From NCBI GenBank assembly GCA_973895155.1, contig OZ316891.1, forward strand, positions 2,223,324-2,287,323: a stretch of 64,000 nucleotides of DNA, given 5' to 3'. Position 1 is the first letter of the stretch. Each line of letters begins with the position of its first letter. This DNA is from Marsupella aquatica (taxonomy: Eukaryota > Plantae > Marchantiophyta). This document shows positions 1 to 14,204 of the stretch, in pieces. The translations under genes were made by a program, and so were the position numbers. Under the pieces are notes generated by a model. That model was not told the DNA's origin. It worked only from the letters and a program-made list of their open reading frames with translations, and did no database searches.

Positions 1-292
1 TGCAACGTTTTAGGGTTTGACCCCCCTAACTTATAAGTGAAAAAAAGTTTTTTGCAAAACCTTTTCTTTCTTTAAATTTTGTCATTTTTTTAGTAAAAAA
101 CCCCTAAAAACTTTAAACAATTTTTTTTTGGCAATTAAATAGGTCTATGTGTTCTTTAAAGTTGACCAGTCAATAAAACATGTCCTATGTGTTCTTACAC
201 TAAACTTTGGAAGCCTTTCGCCACACGCATTTAAATGGACCTATACTTCGTCGTACGTGATGCGCCACTTCCGTGGAAGTGACCCCCCCGAG
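1..292 (-). mobile_element. MITE (CTCGGGGGGTCACT-ended family), cut by the window start
   Basis: 1-292 is the reverse complement of most of the copy at 8845-9174 and ends in the TIR ...agtgacccccccgag at 292. Confidence 0.8.
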
Positions 293-1704
293 CCCCAACT
301 CCAAGGAAAATTTAGAATAAATTAGAAATTACAACACCTGTGCCAAATGAGTAGATGAGAAAGAGGCAGGGAAGGGTAAAGCTTCTCACAATGTAGTAAC
401 TCTGGATCTATTTTACTGAGATACCTGTGGGACATTTTGGATGACATATTGGGACATTTACTGCAGGGTGGTAGTTGTTGATTCAAATTAATCGATTAAA
501 CAAGAAAGTCCTAGCTAGAAAGTAATGTAAGCCACAGACAATACTATAAGGAGTCTCAGTGAGTAGTAGCTGCTGGGAATCTACTGATCTTTAACTACTA
601 ATCATGACGGGTGATGTTTAATGGTGAGGCAATGCTGAGATTCGTGACCATGCATTGAAACAAATTGAAGGATCTACTGATGTTCCGTGCAGCATCGTAC
701 TGAGTCTAAATTCATAACGCTTAAATTCCTCAGGACACATTGAGGTCAAAATCCTCCCTGTACTAGCTGGAAATCTGGCAATGCAGAATGGCCTGATTAA
801 CATATTGAATTTGAGTTTTGTCAAGTGGCCTCACAATAAGCTGGTAAACGATGAAAAAAGCTAGTGGTCTTAATCGACTTCTGTGCACTCGTGTGTCTTG
901 TTATTGACTCTGAATCTTTCTTGCTGAAGGCACTGGATGATCCTTTACCAGCTATTTTGAGACTCAGCTACAGCAGAGGATGACATAAGAGAGAAAATAC
1001 ATAAGCCTCCAAGTATATAAGAAATTGGAGGAATCCAATGTAATTTCTACAGCTCGGGAAAGACAAGTTCCGCGAAGGAATTTGCACACCTTTTCTCACA
1101 TTGAATCCCGGATCAGGTTCGATAGAGTAGCTGGCAGCAATGGGCTGTCAAGCCAGCAGAGGAGCGCGCGCATCCTTTCAAAGATTGGACCTCCAACTTT
1201 ATCCAGCAAGCAAGACTGAGGTCTCACAAGCACGTTTGATCCAGCTGAGACACAGAAATTATTCAATCTTCTTTCCACATCAGCCCCCTTTCACCAAAAG
1301 AAATTCACGGTTTGATCCACGTGCCCAGAATTAGACACAATTTTTGCCCCATGCATCAGCCCAATTTTTCAATTACCACTTACTACCAGTATGCATTACA
1401 CTAGTGTTGTAGTGGGATTCGCTGTTGTAGATCTCATTCACTCAATGGGGGCGGCAAATCTGTCGTTCAAACACCACAAGGTTGTAGCTTCAGATTGACT
1501 TATTGAAGGACTCTATTTGGAAAATCCAAGTTGTTGACTTTCAGCGCATCCGTTTCGCTATTCCCAGAATTCATACTCCAGAATCCGACTTTTTCAATGT
1601 CAACTCCAGGTTCCATCTGCATTAAATTTACACCTGTTGCTCCATCAGCGCACTTTTGGAATTGAAAGTTCTGCTGACAATCTTCCCCTGGCGTTTCGTT
1701 AGTT

Positions 1705-1889
1705 TACATTTCCACCACTTACCCATTGGAGGAGGCATTAAATTACTTGTATTCAAGAGTTTTTTTTTTTGTTGTAACAGAAATGGGGAGTAAATACATT
1801 TCCACCACTTACCCATTGGAGGAGGCATTAAATTACTTGTATTCAAGAGTTTTTTATTTTGTCTTGAACAGAATTGGGGAGGAAATACA
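1705..1889. repeat. Tandem duplication, about 90-bp unit x2
   Basis: tacatttccaccacttacccattggaggaggcattaaattacttgtattcaagag starts at 1705 and again at 1795. Confidence 0.9.
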
Positions 1890-3922
1890 ATTAGACTCCC
1901 CCATCCCAATGGGACAGGTCCCTGTCGGATCAGTTGGGGCTCACCCTGGTCTGGGTTCCCTATTCAAGAGTTTTACAATTGTGAACAACAAAGACTCATC
2001 CTTTAAGTACGTGGTCCTTCAGGACAATTCAAGTACAGGCTTGTTGAGTCTATTGACAACGTTCGCATTGCGGTCCTTTCAAAGTGTTATCTGTTGCACT
2101 AACCAAGGGACGGTCTCCAGAATCAATGGCGAATTTTATTCGGGATCTTACTATAAGCAATTCACTCCACACTGGCCCCTCCTTCGAAGTACCTGAATTC
2201 GTCAGCTGTTCAATTTGTCCAGGGTGGCAAGGTCAATCAGAAAATTCTATGTGGGCTGAAGACTAACGTAGAGACTTGACTTTTTCCGCAGACCAATATC
2301 CCAAGAAAGAAGACCCGTGACCGTAGTTATTTGACTAGTGGACCCGACCATGCTGACTCTCGGCTCCACCCAGTCCATCCGGGCACAGCTGCCCCACTCC
2401 AGCTCAACAGTCGTCAATCTGTTGAAGTCAGGCAGGCAGTCTTCGCAGATTAGCAGTGGTCCAGATGCGCCAGCCTCGTAAGTACATATACACACCGCCA
2501 AAACACAGAAACGCTATCGCAAAGGCACGAGACCCAATAAAGGGGGAAAAACCAGGAAGACCAAAGAGGCAAAAAGCAAAAGGAAAAACTACATAGACCA
2601 AACCAAAAAGCCAAAAAGCCCAAGAGTTCTGGCCAGAGTCCTCCACACCTGAGAACTAAAAAACTCTTAACCTGCATGGACCGACGATACCTCGGGTGAC
2701 ATGGGCTCATGAAGATAATTATGAGTCCTCATGTGCGTTAGTCGGAACTTGCATTACATGAATCACATACTTTGGCGAGCTCGTTACTTTACTCATAGAG
2801 ACAGAGTTAGGTGAAAACTACCTGGGATTCCGACTTCCCAGGCAAGCTTGAAGTGTTCTCGAGGAAAAAGAAAGTGAATCACAGGAATGAACGGATGCGG
2901 TGTTCTTTTGAATGGGAAGCAGTAGCATTGCAGCTGAAGATCTCCTTCAGCTAACTTGAAAAGCAAGAAATATCAAGAATGTTGAGAAGCGATGGCCACC
3001 TATGTGATGCATCAGATCTAAGCTTCGAAGAAAATGGGAAATCGTCAACTTCAGATTAATTCGAGCCGGCCTTTCTAAGCTGTGGCTGGTGAGGCGGAAG
3101 CTAATGCATATTAATTAATATCGAGAGTCAAGCAGAGTCTAGCCAGCTTATGAACTACGATAAAGTGGTAGAAACATTGCCAGCAGTGAAATGATCGCCA
3201 CCTTAATTAAGCATTGCCAGCAACGAAATGATTGCCAGCAACAGGCTATCCAAGAGTTATGTTAAGTCGCCTATTACAGAATTCTGAAAAGAAGATCCCG
3301 ATATTTGTTCTCATCCTGGATAAGGTAGGCAGTGTAGATGTGTAGATGGGTTGAAAGGCGGAACAGGGAATAAAACTCAAAAGCAAGGTAGGCAAGATTT
3401 TGAACTGCAGAAAAAGCAACTGAAGGCAAGGAACGAAAGAACTGAAAAGCCAAATTAAGCAACCCGGGAAGCAACCGAGTAGTTTTGAAGGGCAAGGCAA
3501 GGAACGAAAGAATCGAAAGCCACAGGAAGCTAGGAGTATTTGAAACTAAGTCATGGCACTGTGGGAAACTTGGAAGCTTTGAAATGAAGGGAAGGGCTGG
3601 CCCAAAGTAAGTTTCTGACGGGAAAGGTCGGCCAGCCTGCACTTCTATCTATTGGACAAAAGCCATGCAGCCTGGCGTAGACAAGGAGCAAGGCAGGGGG
3701 TTGATGCACAACCATACATTTCGTGGATTCGAAGCAGACCAACGAGATCAAAGGTCGAAGGAGCTTGAAATTGACCTGCCTGAGACAGGTAGGAACTGAC
3801 GAAGGGTGAAGCCGGGGGCGAGCGAACGCGAGGTAGGCCAAGCAGGCCAGGGCATCAAATGAATGGCATTCAAGAACTAATGAAAGGCAAGGCGGCACAA
3901 AACGAATATAAAGCAAGGTACA

Positions 3923-4414
3923 GGGTTGAAACCGATTGACACGAACGAGAGGCAGGCAGGACGGAATGAACTGTGGAGGTCAGAGGTTTGAGGCGAACAA
4001 AGGACTTGGAAGGCATTGGAGGCAGTGGAGCAAGGCAGACAGGGCGAGGACCGAGAAGCTGCCCCTTTTTTATAATTATCAAACCACGAAGGTACGGTGG
4101 AGACTTCCCGGGGAGGCTTCTCTTGTCCCATCTTCTTGTTTCATTAATCTCACGAATTGTATTTGAATAGTGAGGGGTTGAAACCAATTGACACGAATAA
4201 GAGACCAGCAGGGTGGAACGAACATGAATGAACTATGGTCGAGTCAAAGGTTTCAAGGGAACAAAGTACATGGAGGCACTGGAGGCAGTAGAGCAAGGCG
4301 GAGAGGGGAGGACTGAGAAGCAGCCCTTTAAATTTTCTTAAAATTCTCCGAGGAGATACAGTGGAGACTTCTCCCTGCCATACCTTGTTGCATTAATCTC
4401 ACACATGTATTTGA
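3923..4414. repeat. Diverged tandem duplication, about 250-bp unit x2
   Basis: gggttgaaac(c)..ttgacacgaa ... ggaggcagt.gagcaaggc ... cattaatctcac recurs at about 3923 and about 4175. Confidence 0.75.
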
Positions 4415-7400
4415 CTAGTTGATATTCCAGGACTAGCCCAAATACTTGTGTCTATGCATAGGATGGGCCCCCTATATACCCAGACTCCCATGAATAGTCA
4501 AATGATCAAAAAAGATACCCTTTCTCCCATGCACACTCAAAATATAACAAGAAAGTACCCAGGCTTCCATGTACATCAAAATATTAAAAAGAAATACCCA
4601 GACTCCTCTGCACGTCAAATATAAAACGAAAGCTGTTAGCAGAGAAATTATAAGCCTATGCCTACACACTTCAGAGTACGTTGTGCTGGCCAGTAGATTC
4701 CATAGTACATTATGGTATACATCTACTTAAGGAGAGCTGTCAAATATGACCATTAGCACCTTAGTTGACAGGGCTAAGGTTTTTTGGCAGGTTTCTGTGA
4801 AGGGTGAAAAAAACCTGCCAAAAAGGAGACGACAATTCTGACTCCCAATAATTCTTCTGGACAGCTGAGCAACCAGAATTCCCTTGTATACACACTTTGG
4901 ACCCTAGAGTTTTATAAGGTATGTTATATAAAACTGTCTTTCAATCGTTTAGACTGAGTCCCAAGTCTCGGTAGATCTTACCTGAAGAAAAGTCAAACCA
5001 AATATCTAAGAACTGTAATAGAAAAAATTGTGCCTCGTGGAGACTAGACACAATTTTAAAAAGTAAATGTATGTTGTTTCTCCAACTCAATCAAAGGTTT
5101 CTATCTTAGTTTAGCAAGTTACAGCAACCTCCTAATGCACCCACTGCCTTGACAAATTGTACACAGGAAAGGAAATTGGTTTGATGAATGCAAAGAGCCC
5201 TCACCGCAAGTGCCAGCACTCTGTCCCCGACCCAAGTCCACATGTGCAAAGTATTGATTTCCTGGACTAAGAAGAACTGTTCAGTCTTGTGACCAAAGCA
5301 CTCTTTCGGTCACGCACCTGCGATTCCATCTTGAACAAAGCATTGAAAGAAAGCAAACAAATTGCTGGGCTGAAGAGTCCCCATTAGACGTGCATGCTTG
5401 GAGAATAGATGGATAGCAGGAAAGCTAGGACCACATAATTTGGGTTACTTTCCCTTCTTTTAAACCTCAGCTGCCCCTACTCGGCCATCTTTGATTTGCC
5501 TAGATGAAACTGTCCCACTCACTTGTCATCATACCCCTCACACCCCAAACAAGTTTTTTGGTGATTAAACAAAGAAAAGGACTATATTTTAATTTATAAA
5601 AATAAAATTTTTAATTTCGATTTTATTCTGTGTGAATCTCATGGATAGGGGAACCCGCAGGCCAATCTAAGCATAACAGCACCCAGAAGAGTATCAGAGG
5701 CCAAGGTATCCCAGAAAAGGAGCAACCACACAACAGCCTCGAAGTAAAAGTAGTTAAATTGTAGAGACTCACCAAGAGAGAAAGCCAGTGCACTAGTTAG
5801 TGTTGCCAACGAGTCAACATGTGACATCCTAACCTATCCAACGTGCAAGTGCCAGGCAGCGACCTGTGCCTGACTACAATTGAACAAGTATCCTACTAGC
5901 AAGGAGTTCGATTCAGATGCATCCTGGCATAGAATTAAGTGGCAAGATACAGTACGTTTTTTGTAGAACACATCTCATCATTCTAGAGCTATGTCTTGAG
6001 TTGCGGATGGGCCCCAGTGGGAGGAAACATGGGTTGACACTAGTACTAAAAAATTCCCAAAATAGGGCATGCTCTTTCGTGTACACGTTTGTGCTGTATG
6101 TAAAATGAGCAGCAACGGCTAAATTGAGCAGTTTATTTGGGGAAACTTGCGATTAGAGAACAAGAAAACGGGACCCACATAGCAATGACTTTCAAGTTTC
6201 CACTAAAAGGAGTAGAGTAAGAGTCGACGTAGTAACTCGTTTCCCTCTACCCACAAAGGAAACGTCGAAACGTACCAGGCTCCAAGAAACGCGAAGAAAA
6301 ACGAAGAAAAGCAAAGACCTATCGCCTCTTCGTCCTTCCTTCCGTATCTATCCAGACTCACCAGTACTCGCGCGCTCCATCGATACAAATACCCGAAACC
6401 GAGTTCTCTCTCGCTCTCTCGCGTTCGTGCTTCTGTCTTCTATTCGTCTGGCTTGTCCCACTTGAACAAAGGTAGACCACTGTGAGACTTCTTCAATCCA
6501 ATCGACGGAGGCGAGGCCAGCCGCGTGGTTGGTTGAGATGGGCAAACAGGAGAGCAGCAGAGAAAATCTTACTGCCAGAGCAGTGATACAACCAGGAATC
6601 TACTCTAATACTTCTCCCTCAGACACCTCAGACACTCTTCGTACGCACTGCCATGGAATGTGGCGCTACACCCTGTCTGCTCGACATGCATAACTCAGCA
6701 AGAATCCAGACTGCAGTATAGGCACACAGGGGAATAATGTAGGAATTGAAATTAAAGATCTGTGGCTTCAGCAAAATTTCCGGAATAGTTCCACGTATTC
6801 ACACTTATTCCCTACAGCACAAACGTCGGACGTTCTTCATGATGATTTTCATTATTTTTTATATTTGGGCCAGGAGGCAAGACCTGTCTTCTTGGGTGCT
6901 ATTGTTGCTGATTTGGGTTCACCTGCGGGTATCACGTTATGTGAATTATGTAAAGTACTGTACTTTCCTTCTAAAGGACGTTACTCCACACTCAGGTTTC
7001 AGACTGTACACTTCCAGCACATTAGAAATGAATTCGTTTGTTGTTGATTTTGCTGAGTACCCAAAGTTTGCATGCGTGGTCACTCTTGAGAGAGGTATTT
7101 GTTTAATCAACTCCCAAAATCAAACTTGTTACTCGATGGACCCCCTGAGGTCTATCAATGGTCCAGATCTGAGGTATTTGTTTGATCTACCCCAAAAATG
7201 AAACTTGTTACTTGATGGACCCCTTGAGGTCTATCAACGGTCCAGATCTGAGATCAAAAGGTCCATCAACGGTTCAGATTGGGGAGAAGTATGGAGGGGG
7301 GTGATTAAGCAAACTTTTTCCAGAAGGGAGTCTACTAAGCATATCTCTCCTCTTGAGATTCCATCGGCTAAAGGGGTTCATCTTAGGGCCTCTATTCAAA

Positions 7401-8622
7401 TTAGTGCATGTTGCCGGCTCTCCAATGTGTTTAAATCTAGAGTGCATTTCAGTTTAGTGCTCAATAGGGCTTTAGTTGTTTTGCCCCTATTGGAGACTCG
7501 CGGACTTTTTGGCTCATTGATCTTCCTAAGTTTTCCCCTTGTTTACCCTTTTATTGGGTCTCTTGCTTTTGGGATCCTGTCTCCCCAATTGGCACTCTTT
7601 GTTCATTGGCCCAATTGGCGCTCTTTGTTCATTGGCAGCCAATATATTAAAGCCCAAGTATTCTTCATACTCCTGCTATAGATCAAGCATCTCATGTGGC
7701 TGCTATATGGTGAATCCACCTCTCAGATTTTGTCTCATTCATATTTTGTGTCAAGTATTTTGATTTTAATGTGCCTTAACAAGGTAAATCATTTGTATTA
7801 ATTTGATTTTGAATTAACTTTAGGACCCCTCTTAAATTTAGTGAATTTATAGTATTTTGAATGTATTTGGCTCCCCTCATCAAGGTTTAATCTTTCCTTT
7901 TCGATCACTCCTTAGTAAATTCTCTTTCTTCTCATGAGAGTGATCAATGTGAACACTGGTGTATTAAGTTCCCCTCATGGTTTACTTTGCAAAATTTATG
8001 GTTTTAATTGAGTTGAATTGAATGTCATTACCTAGAAGCAAGTGAAAATCTGTACTGTATGTGCACAACTCAACTCTTTAGTACCTTTGTACTTTCTTGG
8101 TCATAATGTAATTTTATGTGCATATATTTTACATGTCCCTACTTAAATGAATTACACATCACTAGAAGACAAAAAAGAGACATATTCCACGATGAACATG
8201 CTATATGGGAGCATACTTAGTATAATTAATATTATGTTGTAGCAAAGGGTAATCATTCTCTCTCAATAGTATGAATTAAACAAAAAACCATTCCTAAAGG
8301 ATATAAATAATTTATTTATTAAATATATGAATGTTAATTGACAAAACAAGGACAAGTTTTGTCCATTGACCTTGAATGTGGGTTTCATTTTCACAAAAAT
8401 GGCACATCATGTACGACCAAAGATATGATTGTTTTATCAGTTCTAAAACAATAGCCAAGGTCATTTAAATCCAATTTTGAGATTGTTTTATAAAAGCTTG
8501 AGATTCTTTAATCAAAATTTTGGAATATTCCAAGAATACTCTAACAATACTATCACCTGCAACATTATTTAGTCACACACTAAACATGAGACAAAAGTAT
8601 TTTTCAACTATTTTCCCCAATT

Positions 8623-9245
8623 CTTGGGGGTTTTATTTTTACAAAAATGGCACATCACGTGCAACAAAGTATAAGCCAGGTCATTTTATTGGTTCAAAGG
8701 GAAGAGTGAAGAATTTCCTGAGAAAAATAATAGAGTCATTTAAATCAAATTGTGAGACTTATAAGAACATTAGGGTCCTTATAACAGAAATTTTAGAATA
8801 TTCCAACTTTCCTTGGGTTTAAATTATTTTTTCTTACATTTTAGCTCAGGGGGGGGGTCACTTCCACGGAAGTGGCACATCACGCACGACAAAGTATAGG
8901 CCCATTTAAATGGGTGTGACAGAAGACTTCCAAAGTTTGGTGGAAGAACACATAGGACATGTTTTATTGACTGGTCAAATTTAAAGAACACATAGGCCTA
9001 TTCAATTGTAAAAAATACTTTATTTAAAGTTTTTAGGGGTTTTTTAATAAAAAATGTCAAAACTTAAAGAAAGAAAGGGTTTTTCAAAAACAAAAAATTC
9101 ACTTATAAGTTAGGGGGTCAAACCCTAAAACGTCGCACGTGATGTATGACGCTCCATATAGTGACCCCCCCGAGCATTTTAGGGGGTCCGAGGCCTAGAA
9201 ACATCCCAGGTTTTGGGGAGGCATCCATATAATGAGACCCCCGAG
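8623..9245 (+). mobile_element. MITE (subtype B) with 8-bp TSD CCCCAATT, interrupted by a related MITE
   Basis: Starts cttgggggtttta and ends tgagacccccgag; ccccaatt at 8615-8622 and 9246-9253. Confidence 0.8.
8845..9174 (+). mobile_element. MITE (subtype A), 330 bp, 8-bp TSD CATTTTAG
   Basis: TIRs ctcagggggggggtcact / agtgacccccccgag; cattttag at 8837-8844 and 9175-9182. Confidence 0.9.
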
Positions 9246-10979
9246 CCCCAATTGTTTTGGAATATTCCCAAAATTGATTTTGAAATTCCCTATATTAATT
9301 CTTATAAAGCACAAAGCCCCTTGTGAATAAAGGTTCTTCCACAAAAAAATTCAATCATTTCTTAGAACCAAGAAAATGACCCTATGTTTTGTCACACATG
9401 ATGCATTATTTTTGTGGAAGTGAAACCCCAAAGGGTCCGTTGCACAAATATCATTGTGGCCATCTTTCATCGTGACAGTGGTCCACATGGCCACGTTACA
9501 AAGATGTGAAAGGAAAGTGAGGCAAAAATCAGTGCACGCACGAGTTTTGTGTGTGGAAATTAGTCTTGAGCAATCCCTATGAAGACATGATGCACATTCC
9601 ATATGAGATATATGTTGAGGTGAAGTAACTAGGCAGGACGTGAAGGTGAAGCAAAGAAGTGTTGTGGACGCTAGCCAGGCATCAAATACATGTGTCATCG
9701 ATGCAAGCCAAGGTCAATGTAAGTTCCGACAACCCATATTGCCTACCAAACCGAAAGCAAGTCTTTGTGGCATTCAGAAGTTTTCACTACATTTCTACTT
9801 GGCCAGGTGTCTTTGTACTTTGTTAACCACGAGTCTAGAGCATCAATCTGTACTAGGAATTCTGTGCGGCGGGTCATCATTCAAATTAGGAACATATTGG
9901 TTTGGCAAAGGGGTTCTTTGCCTTCACAAGCTTAAATAGGGGGCTAATTGTATGAAGGATCCTACATTGACTGCAACATTTTTGGGTTTGGACCCCTTAC
10001 TTATAATGGAAAATTGATTTTTTCTTGCCCTTGCTACTTTAAGCGTTCATTTTTAAATTTTTTTACCCCTAAACAGCTATCAGTAAACTTTTATCATGAA
10101 GTAAACAAGGCCTATAAAGAATTTAAAGATAAGTACTCATAAGCGAGAGCCCAAAATTTTCCAATTGTGCATTTTTCTTTGCCTTTCCACTCCATGCAAT
10201 TTACCTCCCCTCTCCGCTTAATAGTACATCCCATTTCCCCTTTATACATAGTCCATAGACCATGAAACTAATTGAATTGATTTTGCACCTTATTCCACGG
10301 TTTTTCAACCATCAACTTCTTTATGTTGCACTCTGAATTCTTAAATAGTTGAGCATGGTGGGTACCATACACTATGAATAGAAAACCAGACACTATCCAT
10401 TGCTAAAATTCCAGACATCAGTTCTCTACCTTGCTTCAGAAATTGTTGTATGATTGGAGTATTTGGAGCATATGACAAAGGGGAATTGAGCCAATGGCAA
10501 CTTACAGCTCATTCGCTTGAGCTCATGACCTCAAAGAAGAAGCAAAGGTTACTGTCATAACCCTAGGCCTTCAGGTTATGAAATAATGAAACATATGTGC
10601 CCACATACGTGTGAATGTCTAATTGGTCTACATGTCACTATGTCATAGGCCTTAGGGTTTAGGCAGGGGTTTAGAATTTAGAGTCACGCCCTAGTACGTA
10701 CCTTTGTATTGCCGGCCTTCTATCAGGCACAATAGAGGCAGTTGGAGTAGTGGATAACGTCAATGCCCTGTAAGTGCAATGTCACCTCTCTTAATGTCTT
10801 GTAGTGAAATTTTGTTAGAATCTTTTGGAGAACTTTAGGGAGAACTTTGATATGTAATCCTAGGTAGTGTATCTAAGATTAGATGTTGAGTGAAGCTTGT
10901 GTGCTAAAGCCCCCATTTGAATCCATTTGAATCCACTGGCCTGGATAAAAGCCCCCTTTTAAAGTTAGCCTCCACTCAA

Positions 10980-12063
10980 ATCCAGACAAGATAAGTTATC
11001 TCATCAGTTATCAATCACCTCTATCAGTCAACGGGATATTGGGTGTCATGTCTTCTTAGAGAGGCCGCAGAGTTGTGGCACCAAAAAACAGGAATTGTTT
11101 TTGAATTTTTCCTAAAAATTTGAGGGATAACAAAACTTCTTAAAATATGTTTTCACTAATATGGATGTCCGTACCATACGGACAACCCATCTTGGCGAGG
11201 TCAGCCAAGATGGCCCGGTGTCCTTGAGGGTGTCCATACAATATGGATATGGGATTTTGCCAACTTTTGGGGGATTTATTATGGTCATTTTGTTGTTCGT
11301 ACGCCTATCTTGGCAAGGTCAGCCAAGATTGAGTCCATCTTAACTGCCTAACTGAGATGCGCGGAGGTGCAAAGGCACACTTTAGCTACTCAGCTGAGAT
11401 TCAAAAAATTAGAGGGCTAAAAGATTGATAATTGATATCAATCACGGATAATTAATATCAACTACTGATAATTGATGAAATAGTTGACCCCAATTTAGCC
11501 ATAAATTGCAACACTTCATTTATGTTTCAAGTCAGCCAACCAACACTTGTTCCCTACATACGCACCATTCACCAAATGATTTGTGTAATTGATTGATCTC
11601 CACGTACTACTGCTCTCGTTGCTCTGGATGCCGTTGATATTAGTTATCTAAAAAATTTCAAAATCTCAGCTGAGGAGTTGAGATGGGGCCTTCGATCCTT
11701 CAAGTATCTCAACTGGGTGGTTGAGGTTGACTCAATCTCGGTTGACCTCGCCGAGATGAGCGTACGGACCGAAAAAAACCGGAAAAAAAACAAAAAGAAC
11801 CAAAAAATTGAACAAAAAAAATTGGAAATTTTTTCTCTCATCTCAACTGGCCTCGCTGAGATGAGGTGTCTATACAGTATGGACACCCCATGGCAAAAAC
11901 AAAATTTTAAAAAAAAAACTTTGAAAAAAAAATTCAATTTCATTTTTCATTTTTTTTCTCGCACCGTAACTTGGCGGCCTCTTTGAGACGAGGTGGGCAG
12001 CTGATATCAGGTACACTGATGAAAGTGACTGATAACTGATGAGATTACCTATCTACTCTGGAT
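10980..12063. mobile_element. Probable non-autonomous TIR element (about 1.1 kb)
   Basis: Left atccagacaagataagttatctcatcagttatcaatcac matches the reverse complement of the right end (atccagagtagataggtaatctcatcagttatcagtcac); many internal CTCAGCTGAG/GATATC-like palindromes; no TSD found. Confidence 0.55.
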
Positions 12064-12396
12064 GCCAGGTCGGACAACATGACTTTTTGTGGTACTTCTT
12101 GGTGTGACACATTTTGGATTTACCAGCACCACCTCTTGCAGCTCCCTTTCCTAGTCACACTTCTAATGTATATCCTAAGTTGCTTGCACCATTGATCACC
12201 AAACCATTGCTTATCAATGTCTAACAAAACCACTAGTCATCATTCAATCAACTTAGTTTCCACTAAAGCCAATGTACCTTGCAGCAAAGCTAACATCACA
12301 TAAAGCTAATGGAAGTTAGTACGTTGCATGACTCTAACATTGTCTTATTGTATTATAAGTCTAGCATACCACTTGCTCTCCAATATGTCTATACCT

Positions 12397-14204
12397 GGGC
12401 ACTCAAAACATGATTTCGGACCGAACGAGAACTATTTCCTCTAAACGATAAGTGTATTTTCATTTTCCGCCGAATCTCGCAAAATCGGCAGTTTTTTTCA
12501 TCAAAAACACATTTTTGGGGAAATAATGTAATTCGTATCGGAGTTCGGATTGAAACAGCAAATTTAATAATGATCAAAACCAATGAAATTCATGCTAACA
12601 AACATTCATATTATCAAGGAACAATTAGATCCGAAAAACTTTCTCCTCAACCTCATATTCACGCTCTCCGAAGATATATGAAAGGTCTTATCTATAAATC
12701 CATATCCATGTTTCGAGCCAAGTGCGATAACTGTATCGGACTCCAGATTTGAACCATGAAAGCTCCGACCCAATCTCAGTTTTCTCAGTTTTTGGATATT
12801 TACCAAAAATATTTTACATCACAGTCGATAAGAATTACTGCACGGTTCATCAAACTTACCTTGCAGTTACCTCGGCAATTGACCAGTTACCTTCGCAAGT
12901 GACCATAGTCAACATGCCATTCTTTCAACAGCAATGCGCAGTCCGATAAAATTATCGCGAAAACTACGGGCGACAAAAATACTAGTCGACAATACTAAGA
13001 TCCTTCGGTTCATCGGTTAAATTTCAAAATTCCTATCCATATGAAGAAAACTCTTCGCAATACCAACATCAGATAAATTTATCGCTTCAATTTCAAAATT
13101 GCAACTTCCATATGAAGGAACCACTTTTGCAATACCAACATCAGATAAATTTATCGCTTCAATTTCAAATTGCAACTTCCATATGAAGGAACCACTTTTG
13201 CAATACCAACATCAGATAAATTTATCGCTTCAATTTCAAAACTATATAATTTTGCCATGATGCACGTGTGAGAATGAAATTGGAAATCCAAGAAATATAC
13301 CCTTTTCTACTATTTTGTCGTTTAGGGTGACAGCCAATCAAAAGTGGACACGTGGGCCAACCCCTCAACAGACACTATAAAAGGGCCACCGCCGATAAGT
13401 TTTTCGCACAGGAGGATGCGATAAGTTTATCGCACTCCGCATTCGAATTGAAAATATGACTTCCTCAAACACCTAAGCCCTGAATTCAATCTTTCACAAA
13501 AATGACAACTCCGATAAATTTATCGGATTCTCAATTACTCATCTTTCCATGAAAGGAATGAAGACTCCGATAAATTTATCGGAATGAAGGCAACACCTCT
13601 CTAAACACTGGATCAAATCATTGCAATAGAGGAATGCAAAATGCGATAAATTTATTGCAGTCCGCTCGGATCTGGACATTTTACACTAAATGACTAGTTA
13701 GTCTTACATGGAGAACTTGAACAGGAATGGCTATTCCGATAAATTTATCGAGTTTTTGGTAAAAAGAGTCGAATCGCTTGGGAGGAATGTAAGACTCGAT
13801 GGGAGTTTGGTATTCGCTCTCAGTCAGGAGATATTTGCTCTAGCGAAAGCAAACGTTTTATGGGCAGCCTGCTCCTCTTTATATAGGAGACGCTCTAAAC
13901 CATGGTTAATTTCCCCTTAACCATGGTTAAGTTTCCCCTTTACCTGGGTTAGTGCGTGGTCATTCCTGGATTACGCGGTTCGGACCAAGTTACTCGTAGT
14001 TCGGACTTTTTCACTGACGGAATGTAAAACCCGATGCACATATCGCTCCCTGCATTCCCGCGGCGATGCAATGGAGGAAAGTGGCGTTTCGGAGAGTTTT
14101 TGCCAGTTTTATCGGTCATTGCATTGCCTTAGAAAAAAAACGGGATCGGGCTAAACGAGAACTCCGACACATTTCTCGGTCGGTCCGAAATCGTGTTTCA
14201 ATCC
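12397..14204. mobile_element. Non-autonomous TIR element rich in CGATAAATTTATCG palindromes
   Basis: Left aaaacatgatttcggaccgaacgagaa versus right-end reverse complement gaaacacgatttcggaccgaccgagaa; no coding capacity; no TSD recognised; exact ends uncertain. Confidence 0.6.
13057..13241. repeat. About 72-bp tandem repeat, about 2.6 copies
   Basis: gcaataccaacatcagataaatttatcgcttcaatttcaaa at about 13057, 13129 and 13200. Confidence 0.85.

Noticed and set aside
600-4200. LINE/DIRS-type retroelement remnant
   Set aside because: Looks like decayed TE sequence, but I found no RT, endonuclease or recombinase motif.
6746-7763. 151-158 aa plus-strand ORFs as a host gene
   Set aside because: Non-ATG starts, no domain motifs, and they run across a short repeated/inverted element (gatggaccc...ccagatctgag).
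1-9174. One 9-kb element bounded by long inverted repeats (1-292 vs 8845-9135)
   Set aside because: The right copy is a complete MITE with its own TSD, so these are independent insertions in opposite orientation.
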